Below, in pieces: positions 1-9,590 of a stretch of DNA of 14,156 bases (position 1 is its first letter; each line of letters begins with the position of its first letter). The position numbers were made by a program, and so were the translations under genes. Origin of the DNA: Octopus sinensis (lineage: Eukaryota). The stretch is from assembly GCF_006345805.1 (NCBI RefSeq), contig NW_021825868.1, forward strand, positions 1 to 14,156. The letters are read 5' to 3'. The notes beneath the pieces are model-generated. The model worked only from the letters and a program-made list of their open reading frames with translations. It was not told the origin of the DNA and did no database searches.

Positions 1-181
1 CTTTAATTTTTTATGACTTTACTCTTTGCTTCATCGTGTTTTTTTCTTTTCATTTTTTCATTTTTTTTTTTTACTTTCCATAATATTTCCCAAGTAACAT
101 ATCAAGTTATTACATTTTCAAACGGTAATCGATTTATAGGGCACCCTGTTCTTGTCTGCATTTTGCTCTAACCATCATCCC

Positions 182-450
182 TTAAAATCTTGAGGTCTTG
201 CAAATTTTTGTATTCCCAGATAATGTGATAATTTGTAGCATATGAATTAAGGATGTGCGTTTCCTCCCCAAGATTCCAAGTTCGGCCATAATTTGCTCCA
301 GGTGAGTTGGTATGTGCCCCGATGTTCCAATAATAAGTATGGACATGAAAGTGTACCGATGGTCCATAGATACCTTTTTCTCTTGTATTTCTCTAATCAC
401 CTTGGTGTCCAAAGGGAGATGATATCCACAGTATAACATATCTTTTCATG
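182..450 (-). mobile_element. Degenerate 3' end of an RLE-type (R4/Dong-like) non-LTR retrotransposon ORF: C-terminal part of the restriction-like endonuclease
   Basis: Minus-strand translation across frameshifts gives HEKICYTVDI / PLDTKVIREIQEK / GIYGP / RYTFMSILIIGTSGHIPTHLEQIMAELGI...LQIITLSGNTKICKT*. This resembles the D-x-x-x-P-x-D...K..Y...IIG..G..P...LG...Q...L.G..KI pattern at the end of R4-like ORFs. Family call is from motif recall, not a search. Confidence 0.75.
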
Positions 451-529
451 TATGTATGTATATGTGTGTATATATGTATGCATGTATATGTGCGTGTGTG
501 TGTGTACACAAATATTTATATATACATAC

Positions 530-560
<31 letters not shown>
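449..560. repeat. Mixed (TATG)n/(TG)n/(TA)n microsatellite
   Basis: Directly visible low-complexity repeats. Confidence 0.95.
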
Positions 561-972
561 CTCTTTACTCTTTACTGTTTTACATGTATCAGTCATTTGA
601 CTGCGGCCATGCTGGAGCACCACCTTTAATCGAGCAACTCGATCCCGGGACTTATTCTTTGTAAGCCCAGTACTTATTCTAACGGTCTCTTTTGCCGAAC
701 CGCTAGGTGACGGGGACCATAAACACACCAGCATCGGTTGTCAAGCAATACTAGAGGAACAAACACAGATACACAAACACACGCACATATATATGTATAT
801 ACATATATACGACGGGCTTCTTTCAGTTTCCGTCTGCCAAATCCACTCACAAGGCTTTGGTCGGCCCGAGGCTATAGTAGAAGACACTTGCCCAAGGTGC
901 CACGCTGTGGGACTGAACCCGGAACCATGTGGTTGGTAGCAGGCTACTCACCACACAGCCATTCCTGCGCCT
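561..972 (-). mobile_element. Full-length tRNA-derived CORE-type SINE (octopus OR-like)
   Basis: Minus strand starts AGGCGCAGGAATGGCTGTGTGG (A-box-like), then GGTTCAGTCCC (B-box-like) and GGCACCTTGGGCAAGTGTCTT (CORE-like), an internal TA/TG microsatellite and an AAAAGAGTAAAGAG tail. Related copies lie at 5148-5678 and 9088-10078. Confidence 0.85.
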
Positions 973-1011
973 ATATGATATATATATATATTGTGTGATA
1001 TATATATAAAA

Positions 1012-1041
<30 letters not shown>

Positions 1042-1042
<1 letters not shown>

Positions 1043-1234
1043 GGGAGAATTCACAAAAAAACAAGACAAAGAAGTTGGTGTAGACAACAAACAGATGTAT
1101 TAGTATAACCACGCTCGGGAATTGAAAAGGTCTTTAGAGCGTTTCGAGCCTACGCTCTTCCACAGAAAGGAACCTAGAAAGAAACGAGGAGAGAAAATAA
1201 AGAACGTGTAGTGGCTAGTGATCTATCATGGCGA
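1042..1234 (-). mobile_element. Penelope pseudo-LTR-like short interspersed repeat with degenerate minimal hammerhead motif (copy 1)
   Basis: Clearly homologous to 5379-5554 with the same ends (AGGGAGAATTCAC...ATCTATCATGGCGA). Flanked by TA/TG repeats. Minus strand has CTTT-CTGTGGA-AGAGCGTAGGCTC-GAAAC at about 1141-1169. Confidence 0.65.
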
Positions 1235-1371
1235 TGTGTGTGTGTGTGTGTGTGGTGTGTGTATTCAGCTGCATTGTTTACATTTTTCTCTTCGGCTTTC
1301 ATCGCTCCTTCATGTTTTATTCACTCTTTCCTCCCCTTCTTTCTGTCTCTCTTCTCCCTTTCCTTCTCTAA

Positions 1372-1787
1372 GGCGGCGAGCTGGCAGAAACGTTAGCGCG
1401 CCGGGCGAAATGCTTAGCAGTATTTCGTCCGACGCTACGTTCTGAGTTCAAATTCCGCCGAGGTCGACTTTGTCTTTCATCTTTTCGGGGTCGATAAATT
1501 AAGTACCAGTTACACACTGGGGTCGATATAATCGACTTAATCCATTTGTCTGTCCTTATTTGTCCCCTCTGTGTTTAGCCCCTTGTGAGTAGTAAAGAAA
1601 TAGGTATTTCGTCCGACGCTACGTTCTGAGTTCAAATTCCGCCGAGGTCGACTTTGCCTTTCATCTTTTCGAGGTCGATAAATTAAGTACCAGTTACACA
1701 CTGGGGTCGATATAATCGACTTGATCCCTTAGTCTGTCCTTGTTTGTTCTCTCTGTGTTTAGACCCTTGTGGGTAGTAAAGAAATAG
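1372..1787 (+). mobile_element. tRNA-derived Meta-type SINE, head plus two tandem body units (period 184 bp)
   Basis: GGCGGCGAGCTGGCAGAA head, GAGTTCAAATTCC B-box, and CTTTCATC(C/T)TTTCGGGGTCGATAAATTAAGTACCAG central domain (resembles the Meta/MESC domain). The body restarts at GTATTTCGTCC (1420 and 1604). Confidence 0.85.
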
Positions 1788-2020
1788 ATATATTTTCTAT
1801 CCTCCAATACATTCCTGTTTTTTCTCTCTCTCCCCACTGCACTTCTTTCTACACATGCTCCACATTTCCATTCACTGCATGCTTCGCTTTATACACACAT
1901 ACAACAACCACAACTACAACAACAACAATAACAACAACCATGCGCTTTATATATGTGTGCATTATTTATATACGTATGCGGAGGTGGATCTATGATATGT
2001 GTTCTGCTCGCCTTACGTAG

Positions 2021-2068
2021 ACAATCCCGCCCTCGTCACGTCATTCTTCTCCATTCTGCCGTGAACAA
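2021..2068 (+). other. Candidate 48-nt host exon (or promoter-like island)
   Basis: Unique GC-richer island bounded by TTCTGCTCGCCTTACGTAG| and |GTGAGT. Length is divisible by 3 and two frames are open (QSRPRHVILLHSAVN; TIPPSSRHSSPFCREQ). No homology recognised. Confidence 0.35.
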
Positions 2069-2157
2069 GTGAGTGACCCTGGAGAAACATCATCGCTTTA
2101 CAAAAGAGTTATAAAGATGTAAAAACGAGAAGGAAAAAAAAATAAAACAAAAAAAAA

Positions 2158-2161
2158 ATGA

Positions 2162-2214
<53 letters not shown>

Positions 2215-2612
2215 TGATGATGATAATAATAATAATAATAATAATGAAAAAATAATAATAATAATAATGATGATGATGGTGATGATGATGATGATGATAT
2301 TAATAATAATAATAATGATGATGATGATGATGATAATAATAATGATGATGATGATGATAATAATGATGATGATGATGATAATAATGATGATGATGATGAT
2401 GATGATGATAATAATAATAATGATGATGATGATGATAATAATAATGATGATGATGATGATAATAATGATGATGATGATCATGATGATCATGATCATGATA
2501 ATAATGATGATGATGATGTGATGATGATGATGATGATGATGATAATAATAATAATGATGATGATAATAATGATGATGATGATGATATGATGATGATGATG
2601 ATTATAATAATA
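2158..2612. repeat. Compound (AAT)n/(GAT)n trinucleotide microsatellite
   Basis: Directly visible; source of the poly-I/poly-M ORFs. Confidence 0.98.
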
Positions 2613-3018
2613 ACATCAGACGAATATCGAGTGCATTTTTAATGCAACCAACATTCATATAAAACAATCGACAGAAATAAAAGTTGCATCTAATTGTTTT
2701 GTTCTGAAGACGATGGAATACATATACACACAGCAGTCTAGGTTTTAATTATATAACCACTAAGGCATATGTATGCATTACACCATCTCAAAATAAAACG
2801 TATAGTTTTTTGTTTTTTTTGTTTTTTTTTTAAGTGCGTTGTCGTGTCAATGACCTGCCAACGATAATTTGGGTTATGCCTGCTTGTCTTGGCTGGCAAT
2901 GAAATCGAAGCAACAAAGCTCACCTCGATTGCAAACATGTAAATCTATGCTTTGGGTTATCTTAGTATTAGTTTTCTGTTGTCATTTCATTCATTGATCT
3001 ATGTCACTGCCCTTTTAA

Positions 3019-3879
3019 GGCGACGAGCTGGCAGAAACGTTAGCACGCCGGGCAAAATGCTTAGCAGTATTTGTCTGTCTTTACGTTCTGAGTTCAAATT
3101 CTGCCGAGGTCGACTTTGCCTTTCATCCTTTCGGGGTCGATAAATTAAGTACTAATTACGCACTGGGGTCGATGTAATCGACTTAATCCCTTTGTTTGCC
3201 CTTGTTTGTCCTTTCAATGTTTAGCCCCTTGTGGGGAATAAAGAAATAAGAAACGTTAGCACGCCGGGCGAAATGCTTACCGGTATTTCGTCTGCCGCTA
3301 CGTTCTGAGTTCAAATTCCGCCAAGAACGACTTTGCCTTTCATCCTTTCGAGGTCGATTAAATAAGTGCCAGTTATGCACTGGGATCGATGTAATCGACT
3401 TAATCCGCTTTTCTGTCCTTGTTTGTCCTCTCTGTGTTTAGCTCCTTGTGGGTAGTAAAGAAATAGGTATTTCGTCTGCCGCTACGTTCTGAGTTCAAAT
3501 TCCGCCAAGGTCGACTTTGGCTTTCATCCTTTCGGGATCGATAAATTAAGTACCAATTAGGCACTGGGATCGATGTAATCGACTTAATCCGCTTTTCTGT
3601 CCTTGTTTGTCCTCTCTGTGTTTAGCTCCTTGTGGGTAGTAAAGAAATAGGTATTTCGTCTGCCGCTACGTTCTGAGTTCAAATTCCGCCAAGGTCGACT
3701 TTGCCTTTCATCTTGGGGTCGATGTAATCGACTTAATCCCTTTGTCTGTCCTTGTTTGTCCCCTCTATGTTTAGCCCCTTGTGGGCAATAAAGAAATAAG
3801 AATAGTTCAAACACTGAGCAAACTGCTTAGCAGCATTTCATTTATCTTTACGTTCTGTTCTCAAGTTCCGCCAGAGTCG
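3019..3879 (+). mobile_element. Tandem array of Meta-type SINE units (4 tailed units) followed by an older diverged SINE body
   Basis: Head GGCGACGAGCTGGCAGAA at 3019. Units end in ...CC(C/T)TGTGGG..(A/G)TAAAGAAATA(A/G)G at about 3250, 3466, 3650 and 3800. A diverged body AATAGTTCAAACACTGAGCAAACTGCTTAGCAGCATTTC...CCGCCAGAGTCGA follows at 3801-3879. Confidence 0.85.
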
Positions 3880-3946
3880 AAAAAAAACATCTATGTACCA
3901 AAGTTGAAAATTGCCACTTAAAATTTCAAAATCTCAAAATCTGTGC

Positions 3947-4152
3947 CTGTGGCGCGTAAAAAGCACCCACTGCACTTTCAGAGTGGTTTGGTTAGGAAGG
4001 GCATCCAGCTGTAGAAGCTTTGCCAGATCAGACTCGAGTCTGGTGCAGCCTCCTTGCTTTCCAGGCCACAGTCAAACTGTCCAACCCATGCCAGCATGGA
4101 AAGCGGACGTTAAACGAGAACGACGACGACGACGATGATGATGATGATGATG
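3947..4152 (+). mobile_element. 3' part of another cephalopod SINE with an RTE-like (GAC/GAT)n tail
   Basis: GTGGCGCGTAAAAAGCACCCA...GTTAGGAAGGGCATCCAGCTGTAGAA...AACCCATGCCAGCATGGAAAGCGGACGTTAAAC followed by (GAC)n(GAT)n. Recognised from memory as a common octopus repeat. Confidence 0.65.
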
Positions 4153-4170
4153 TGACGGCAACGGAAAAGA

Positions 4171-4256
4171 TCTCTCTCTCTCTCTTCTTCTTCTTCTTCT
4201 TCTTCTCTTTATCTCTATCTCTTTCATTTATGCTTTTCTCATTGTAAGCATTCCCC

Positions 4257-4298
<42 letters not shown>

Positions 4299-4306
4299 CA
4301 CGTGTG
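4171..4306. repeat. (CT)n/(CTT)n and (TG)n microsatellites
   Basis: Directly visible. Confidence 0.9.
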
Positions 4307-5147
4307 TAAGGATTTTCATTAAGGCGACAGAGTCAAAAGACCCTGACAAAGCATTAGCAGCGAGCCAAGAAAGATCTTTACATCTATAGCATCAAATGGG
4401 AAAACAAGAACTCAATTTATCGATACATTATGAATTGCCCTAAATAATGCAGAAATCTGTCCTGATCAAGAGGTCTATCCGTCGAAGAGGACATGGTCTG
4501 ACATGGAACAAAAAAAAATTGAAACAAAGGCATTCTGTTGCGAAAATTACCCGGCGACGACGGGATACTCAGCCAGTGTATATGTGTGTGTGTGTGTGTG
4601 TGTGTATGTGCGTGCGTGCGTGCGTGCGTGCGTGTATGTGTAGTAGTAGTTCACGATTAAAATAATAACAATAAAACTGGAAACATCTTTAAGAAGTTAT
4701 AAAAGTAAAATTTGAAAAGATTTAACCGAAGGCAACACTAAATATATTTCCATTTAATAAGGCGTGCGCATGCGTATAAATCTTAAAAAGTCAAGAGGTA
4801 TAAGAAATGGCTATATATATAGCCATTTGTCAGTTAAATAGAATTCTGCATTGTACTTGCCATACTGGATTACAATACGGTCTGCTAGCCGAGCCTTCTG
4901 CAAGAGATTTCTATGAAAGCCACACAATTCTAAGAATCCATATATTACACTACTAATTTATACATATATATACCTACAGGGGTAGGTACATAATGTATTA
5001 AACTGAAATAGAAATATATATTAAGTGAAGGAATTAGTAACTAACAGGGTACACCAAAGTAACGGGGTCGGCAGAGACAAGACTTTTCACATAGTATATG
5101 GAATATTACAATTCTTGTTCTTTATATATTTAATTAGATATGTATCT

Positions 5148-5678
5148 TTTACCTTTTTATTTGTTTCAGCCATTAGACTGCGGCCATGTTGGGGCACCGC
5201 CATGAAAAATTTTTTATCGAATTTATCGTCCTAGTATTTATTTTTTGCTAAGATTGGTACTTACTTTATTGGCCTTTCTTGTCGAGACGCTAGGTTACGG
5301 GAACGTAAACTCTATAACACCGGGTGTCGAACGGTGGTGGAGGAACAAACACAGACACAAACACACACACACACATATAGGGAGAATTCACAAAAAAAAA
5401 CAAAAAAGAAGGTAGTGTAGACAACAAACAGATGTATTAGTTTAACGCTCGGGAAGTGAAAAAGTCTTTAACGTTTCGAGCCTACGCTCTTCCACAGAAA
5501 GGAACAAGGAGAGAAAATACAGACTGGGTAGTGGATAGCGATCTATCATGGCGAATATACATATACATATATATATAGACAACGAGCTATAGAAGAAGAC
5601 ACTTGCCCAAGGTGCCATGCAGTGGGACTGAACCCGGAACCATGTGGTTGGGAAGCAAGTTTCTTACCACACAGCCAC
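5148..5678 (-). mobile_element. CORE-type SINE copy interrupted by a Penelope-like fragment and with an internal deletion
   Basis: 5148-5375 aligns by eye with 561-790 (CATT.GACTGCGGCCATG, GAGGAACAAACACAGA). 5586-5678 aligns with 871-960 (GCTATAG.AGAAGACACTTGCCCAAGGTGCCA..CAGTGGGACTGAACCCGGAACCATGTGGTTGG). Confidence 0.85.
5379..5554 (-). mobile_element. Penelope pseudo-LTR-like short repeat with minimal hammerhead-like motif (copy 2)
   Basis: Homologous to 1042-1234 and sits in the internal CA/TA tract of the SINE. Minus strand 5501-5466 reads CTTT CTGTGGA A GAGC GTAG GCTC GAAA CG TT AAAG. Confidence 0.65.
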
Positions 5679-5922
5679 AAGGTTTTTCGCTTAGTATATG
5701 GGACATTCCAATAATCCATGTTCTTCATGCATTTAATTAAATATGTATAAATACATATTTGAAGCATTAGATTGAGATTATTTTTGTTAACATTAAAAAA
5801 AAACAAACTTGTCAATTTATTTTCGAGCAAAAATTAAAAGAAACAAATTTTTTTAATCTTTTAAATTTCTGCTTTTCCGAACTTAAATATTCCCAAGGTC
5901 GTTTTTGCATTTCATTTCATTT

Positions 5923-6058
5923 TCTTCTTCTTCTTCTTCTTCTTCTTCTTCTTCTTCTTCTTCTTCTCCTGCTCCTGCTCCTCCTCCCCCTCCTCTTTCT
6001 TCTTCTTCTTCTTCTTCTACTTCTTCTTCTTCTTCTGCTTCTCCTTCCTCTCCTTCTT
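5923..6058. repeat. (CTT)n/(CCT)n pyrimidine-rich microsatellite
   Basis: Directly visible; source of the poly-E/poly-S ORFs. Confidence 0.95.
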
Positions 6059-6379
6059 TTGAACGATATAATAAAAAAAATATAGTGTGAAGCTGGGTCT
6101 TAACATCCACGCTTCAACGAATACACCAGCAAATTTCGAAGGACTGCTTTCTTTTGTTTTATGGTAAAACAATTTCGCACAACGATGAACAATAAAGTTT
6201 AAATATAGCTTTGTTAAATGGTTATTAAAAATATGAATTTTATTCCAATGGAGAGAACAAAAGACTAAAACAAAAGCCAAATTGATTGTAAGATTGTATG
6301 AAATAATGTAACGTATGTACTTTTCAGTAATTGAGATTGCTATCTATACACATACACACACACAACGCAACACTACACA

Positions 6380-6708
6380 ATACATACATACATACATACA
6401 TACATACATACATACATACATGCATACGCACATACATACATACATACATACATACATACATACGCACATACATACATATATACATACGCACATACATACA
6501 TACATACATACATACATACATACATACATACACACATACATACGTACATACATACATAGATACATACATACATACATACATACATGCATCCATCCATACA
6601 TACATACATACATACATACATACATACATACGTACATACATACATACATACATACATACATACATACATACATACATACATACATACGAACATACATACG
6701 AACATATA
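6380..6708. repeat. (TACA)n tetranucleotide microsatellite
   Basis: Directly visible. Confidence 0.98.
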
Positions 6709-6733
6709 TAGCGGTCTGGTGTCCTGCAGATGT

Positions 6734-7270
6734 GAATATTCCACCAGTATTCCTTGAGTTGGTGTTTATGAATGCATTCCATAACAGAGGGATTTTTAAG
6801 TTTATTTCAGGACAGTCCTTTTTGCGGGTGGCATTGTAAATTGTTTTAGCAACAACATTGTGCCGCATAGGGAGATAGTACCGCGACGACATTTTAGGAC
6901 AGCTGCTAGTCCCATGCGTAATGTCTTCCACAGAAACATAACATAGCTTCCATATGCAGTTTCACCTTGAGATTACAAGGGCATCACTGTCTCTCTTGTT
7001 CACCAGGTACTTTGGGACAATCTTTTGTTCCTGGATTGCAAACGCATAGCCTTCAAAGTTTGATGTGATGTAGTGGTCTTGTGTCCAAGGGAGGCTGCGC
7101 TTCGTGTCAATTCTAATGTCTTCTTCAAGCTTCGGGCAACATAGTCTTTCTTTTTTTGTATACTGAATGCTTTTCATCCAGGTCTTCTCTGAGTTAAGAA
7201 AGCCCAGCTGTTTTGGGGCTGTATAGATCATCAGGAAGAGAGTGTTTCTTGAGAAGCTCACTGCCCACTC
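6734..7270 (-). mobile_element. Degenerate R4/Dong-like RLE LINE fragment: linker, CCHC zinc knuckle and RHN motif
   Basis: Minus strand reads IDTKRSLPWTQDHYITSNFEGYAFAIQEQKIVPKYL...*NCIWKLCYVSVEDITHGTSSCPKMSSRYYLPMRHNVVAKTIYNA... then, frameshifted, KEYWWNI. Spacing is CX2CX8HX4C with the first Cys mutated to W, followed by RHN as in RLE-type elements. An in-frame stop and frameshifts show it is dead. Confidence 0.9.
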
Positions 7271-7535
7271 GTACGTACGTACGTATGTATGTATGTATGT
7301 ATGTATGTATGTATGTATGTATGTATGTATGTATGTATGTGTGTGTATGTATGTATGTATGTATGTTGGTATGTATGTATGTATGTATGTATGTACGTAT
7401 GTATGTATGTATGTATGTGTGTGTATGTATGTATGTATGTATGTATGTATGTATGTATGTATGTATGTATGTATGTATGTATGTATGTATTTATGTATGT
7501 ATGTATGTATGTGCGTATGTATATATGTATGTATG

Positions 7536-7569
<34 letters not shown>

Positions 7570-7595
7570 TGTATGTATGTATGTATGTATGTATG

Positions 7596-7626
<31 letters not shown>

Positions 7627-7659
7627 TTATGTATGTATGTATGTATGTATGTATGTATG

Positions 7660-7721
<62 letters not shown>

Positions 7722-7755
7722 TATATGTATGTATGTATATATGTATGTATGTATG

Positions 7756-7789
<34 letters not shown>

Positions 7790-7823
7790 TATATGTATGT
7801 ATGTATATATGTATGTATGTATG

Positions 7824-7857
<34 letters not shown>

Positions 7858-7881
7858 TGTATGTATGTATATATATATATA
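7271..7881. repeat. (TGTA)n tetranucleotide microsatellite, the reverse complement of the 6380-6708 tract
   Basis: Directly visible. Confidence 0.98.
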
Positions 7882-8128
7882 ACTGTAATATAGCGATTAT
7901 ACCAACTACCGACAAAACACCACCACATGGATTCTATTGAGAGCAGTAAGAAACGATTATGAAATTTTCCATTGCACTTTTTATAATATTTTTGATAAGG
8001 TTCGTTTTTTCAAGAACCGAAACATGTAAAATTCATAAGAAAATTAAAATTTATCTTATATAGTGGCATTTTCAAACTTCTTTTTTACAAATATATACCC
8101 ACTCGTATACGATCTACTCTTATTATAA

Positions 8129-8180
<52 letters not shown>

Positions 8181-8586
8181 CATAATGTATTCAGCTCAAT
8201 GTGGACAGGTAGTGCACTTTGTTCTAAAGTTTGAAGATTCAAAATTCTCTCTACGTAGAGTTTTGTCCTCGCAGCCGTCACAAACATCATCACCATCATT
8301 ATTGTCAACACCCCTGCCATGATTATTTCCAATACCATAACGAATCTACTACTACCACCACTAATACTACAACTACAACTACTATCACTTCTACTACCAT
8401 ATTTGCCTATAATTGCGATAGAGATCAAAGCAACTGACGCAACAGCCACCGACGATGTGATTGATATATATATATAATGATTTGGCGTTGGGAAAAGAGA
8501 TGGTCGTTGTCAATGCCACTGTCTGAAAAATGTGCAGAGGCGTATATTACACAGAAGAGCCATTTAATATTACAGGTGACAAGAAG

Positions 8587-8962
8587 ACGGCAAACTGGCA
8601 GAATAGTTAGCAAGCTGGGAGAAATGCTTAGCGGCATTTCGTCTTTACGTTCTGAGTTCAAATTCCGCCGAGGTCGGCTTTGCCTTTCATCCTTTCGGGG
8701 TCGATAAAATAAGTACCAGTTACGCACTGGGGTCGATGTAATTGATTTAATTCCTTTGTCTGTCCTTGTTTGTCCCTTCTATGTTCAGCCCCTTGTGGGC
8801 AATAAAGAAATAAGAATTGTTAGTACATCCTTTCATCCTTTCAACCTTTCATCCTTTCGGGGTCGATAAAATAAGTACTAGTGAAACACTGGGGCCGATG
8901 TAATCGATTTAGTCCCTTCCCCCAAAACTGCTGGCCTAATGCCAAAATTTGAAATCAATATT
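8587..8962 (+). mobile_element. Meta-type SINE composite: tailed unit followed by an older copy with a different 3' tail
   Basis: Head ACGGCAAACTGGCAGAATAGTTAGC, B-box GAGTTCAAATTCC, central domain and a tail ending AAAGAAATAAG at about 8814. It then restarts (AATTGTTAG...CCTTTCATCCTTTCGGGGTCGATAAAATAAGTAC) and ends CCCCCAAAACTGCTGGCCTAATGCCAAAATTTGAAATC. Confidence 0.8.
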
Positions 8963-9243
8963 ACAAGTAGAGGAAAGGCGGCTGAAAATCTTGTACAAGC
9001 TCCCGTCATATAAATCCAGTGACGTTTCTCTATGTGAAACGGCTGACATCTGATAAGATGAGGTAATCATCATGTGCTTGCATGATTTTGTGTTTGGCCC
9101 CCCACCGTTTGGCCCCCACACCGTTTGGTAACTGGTGTTGGCTTGTGTCCCCATAACTTGGCGTTTGAGCAAATGAGAAAAATAGATTAAGTACCAGCCT
9201 TTGAATAAAAAGGGACTGATAAACTCAGTTTGTTCGACTAAAC

Positions 9244-9509
9244 CATTGGTTTTCAACAGGGGCTCATATGGCTCTTGAGAATCGATATAAGGTCTTGTTG
9301 TTAAAATTTATCTGCAATAAATTTATTATACTTCTACAATTCACAAAATATTTTAACATTTTTTTTCTATACAATTCTTAATAATATTTAAATATAAAAA
9401 TGCAATATGGTTTTTTTAAACATCGAATGGCTAGAATGGTCTATCCGATTAAAATAGGAATCAAAGACATCCACAGGTAAAAAAAAAAAAAAACGGTTGA
9501 GAAACATTA
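9244..9509. mobile_element. hAT (Charlie-like) MITE, 266 bp
   Basis: Imperfect TIRs CATTGGTTTTCAAC...GTTGAGAAACATTA. Exact 8-bp TSD GACTAAAC at 9236-9243 and 9510-9517 with central TA, as is typical of hAT-Charlie. Confidence 0.85.
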
Positions 9510-9551
9510 GACTAAACCCTTCAAAGACGTGCCCCAGTGTGGCCGCAGTCC

Positions 9552-9556
<5 letters not shown>

Positions 9557-9590
<34 letters not shown>

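Noticed and set aside
2098-2521. Poly-Ile and poly-Met ORFs
   Set aside because: Artefacts of the (AAT)n/(GAT)n microsatellite
2835-2938. Possible + strand coding exon after the poly-T/AAG acceptor
   Set aside because: All three + strand frames contain stops and the donor (GTAAAT) is weak
3019-3800. SINE arrays as a CRISPR array or as tRNA genes
   Set aside because: Units are ~185-bp whole repeats without unique spacers, the context is eukaryotic, and the A/B-box heads do not complete a cloverleaf
4320-4400. Possible highly decayed Meta-type SINE head
   Set aside because: Similarity (AAGGCGAC...TTAGCAGC...CTTTAC.TCT) is too weak to support by eye
5044-5063. ACAGGGTACACCAAAGTAAC resembling a Tc1/mariner MITE terminus
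   Set aside because: No matching inverted end or TA duplication found in the window
5883-6110. Poly-Glu / poly-Ser ORFs
   Set aside because: Artefacts of the (CTT)n microsatellite
182-7270. R4-like fragments as exons of a domesticated, intron-containing gene
   Set aside because: In-frame stops, frameshifts, a mutated zinc-knuckle Cys and no splice signals at the fragment edges
6315-7940. Many long ORFs (YIHT/MYVC repeats, up to 317 aa)
   Set aside because: They are translations of (TACA)n/(TGTA)n, which lack stops. Only the embedded LINE-derived part is protein-like, and it is disrupted.
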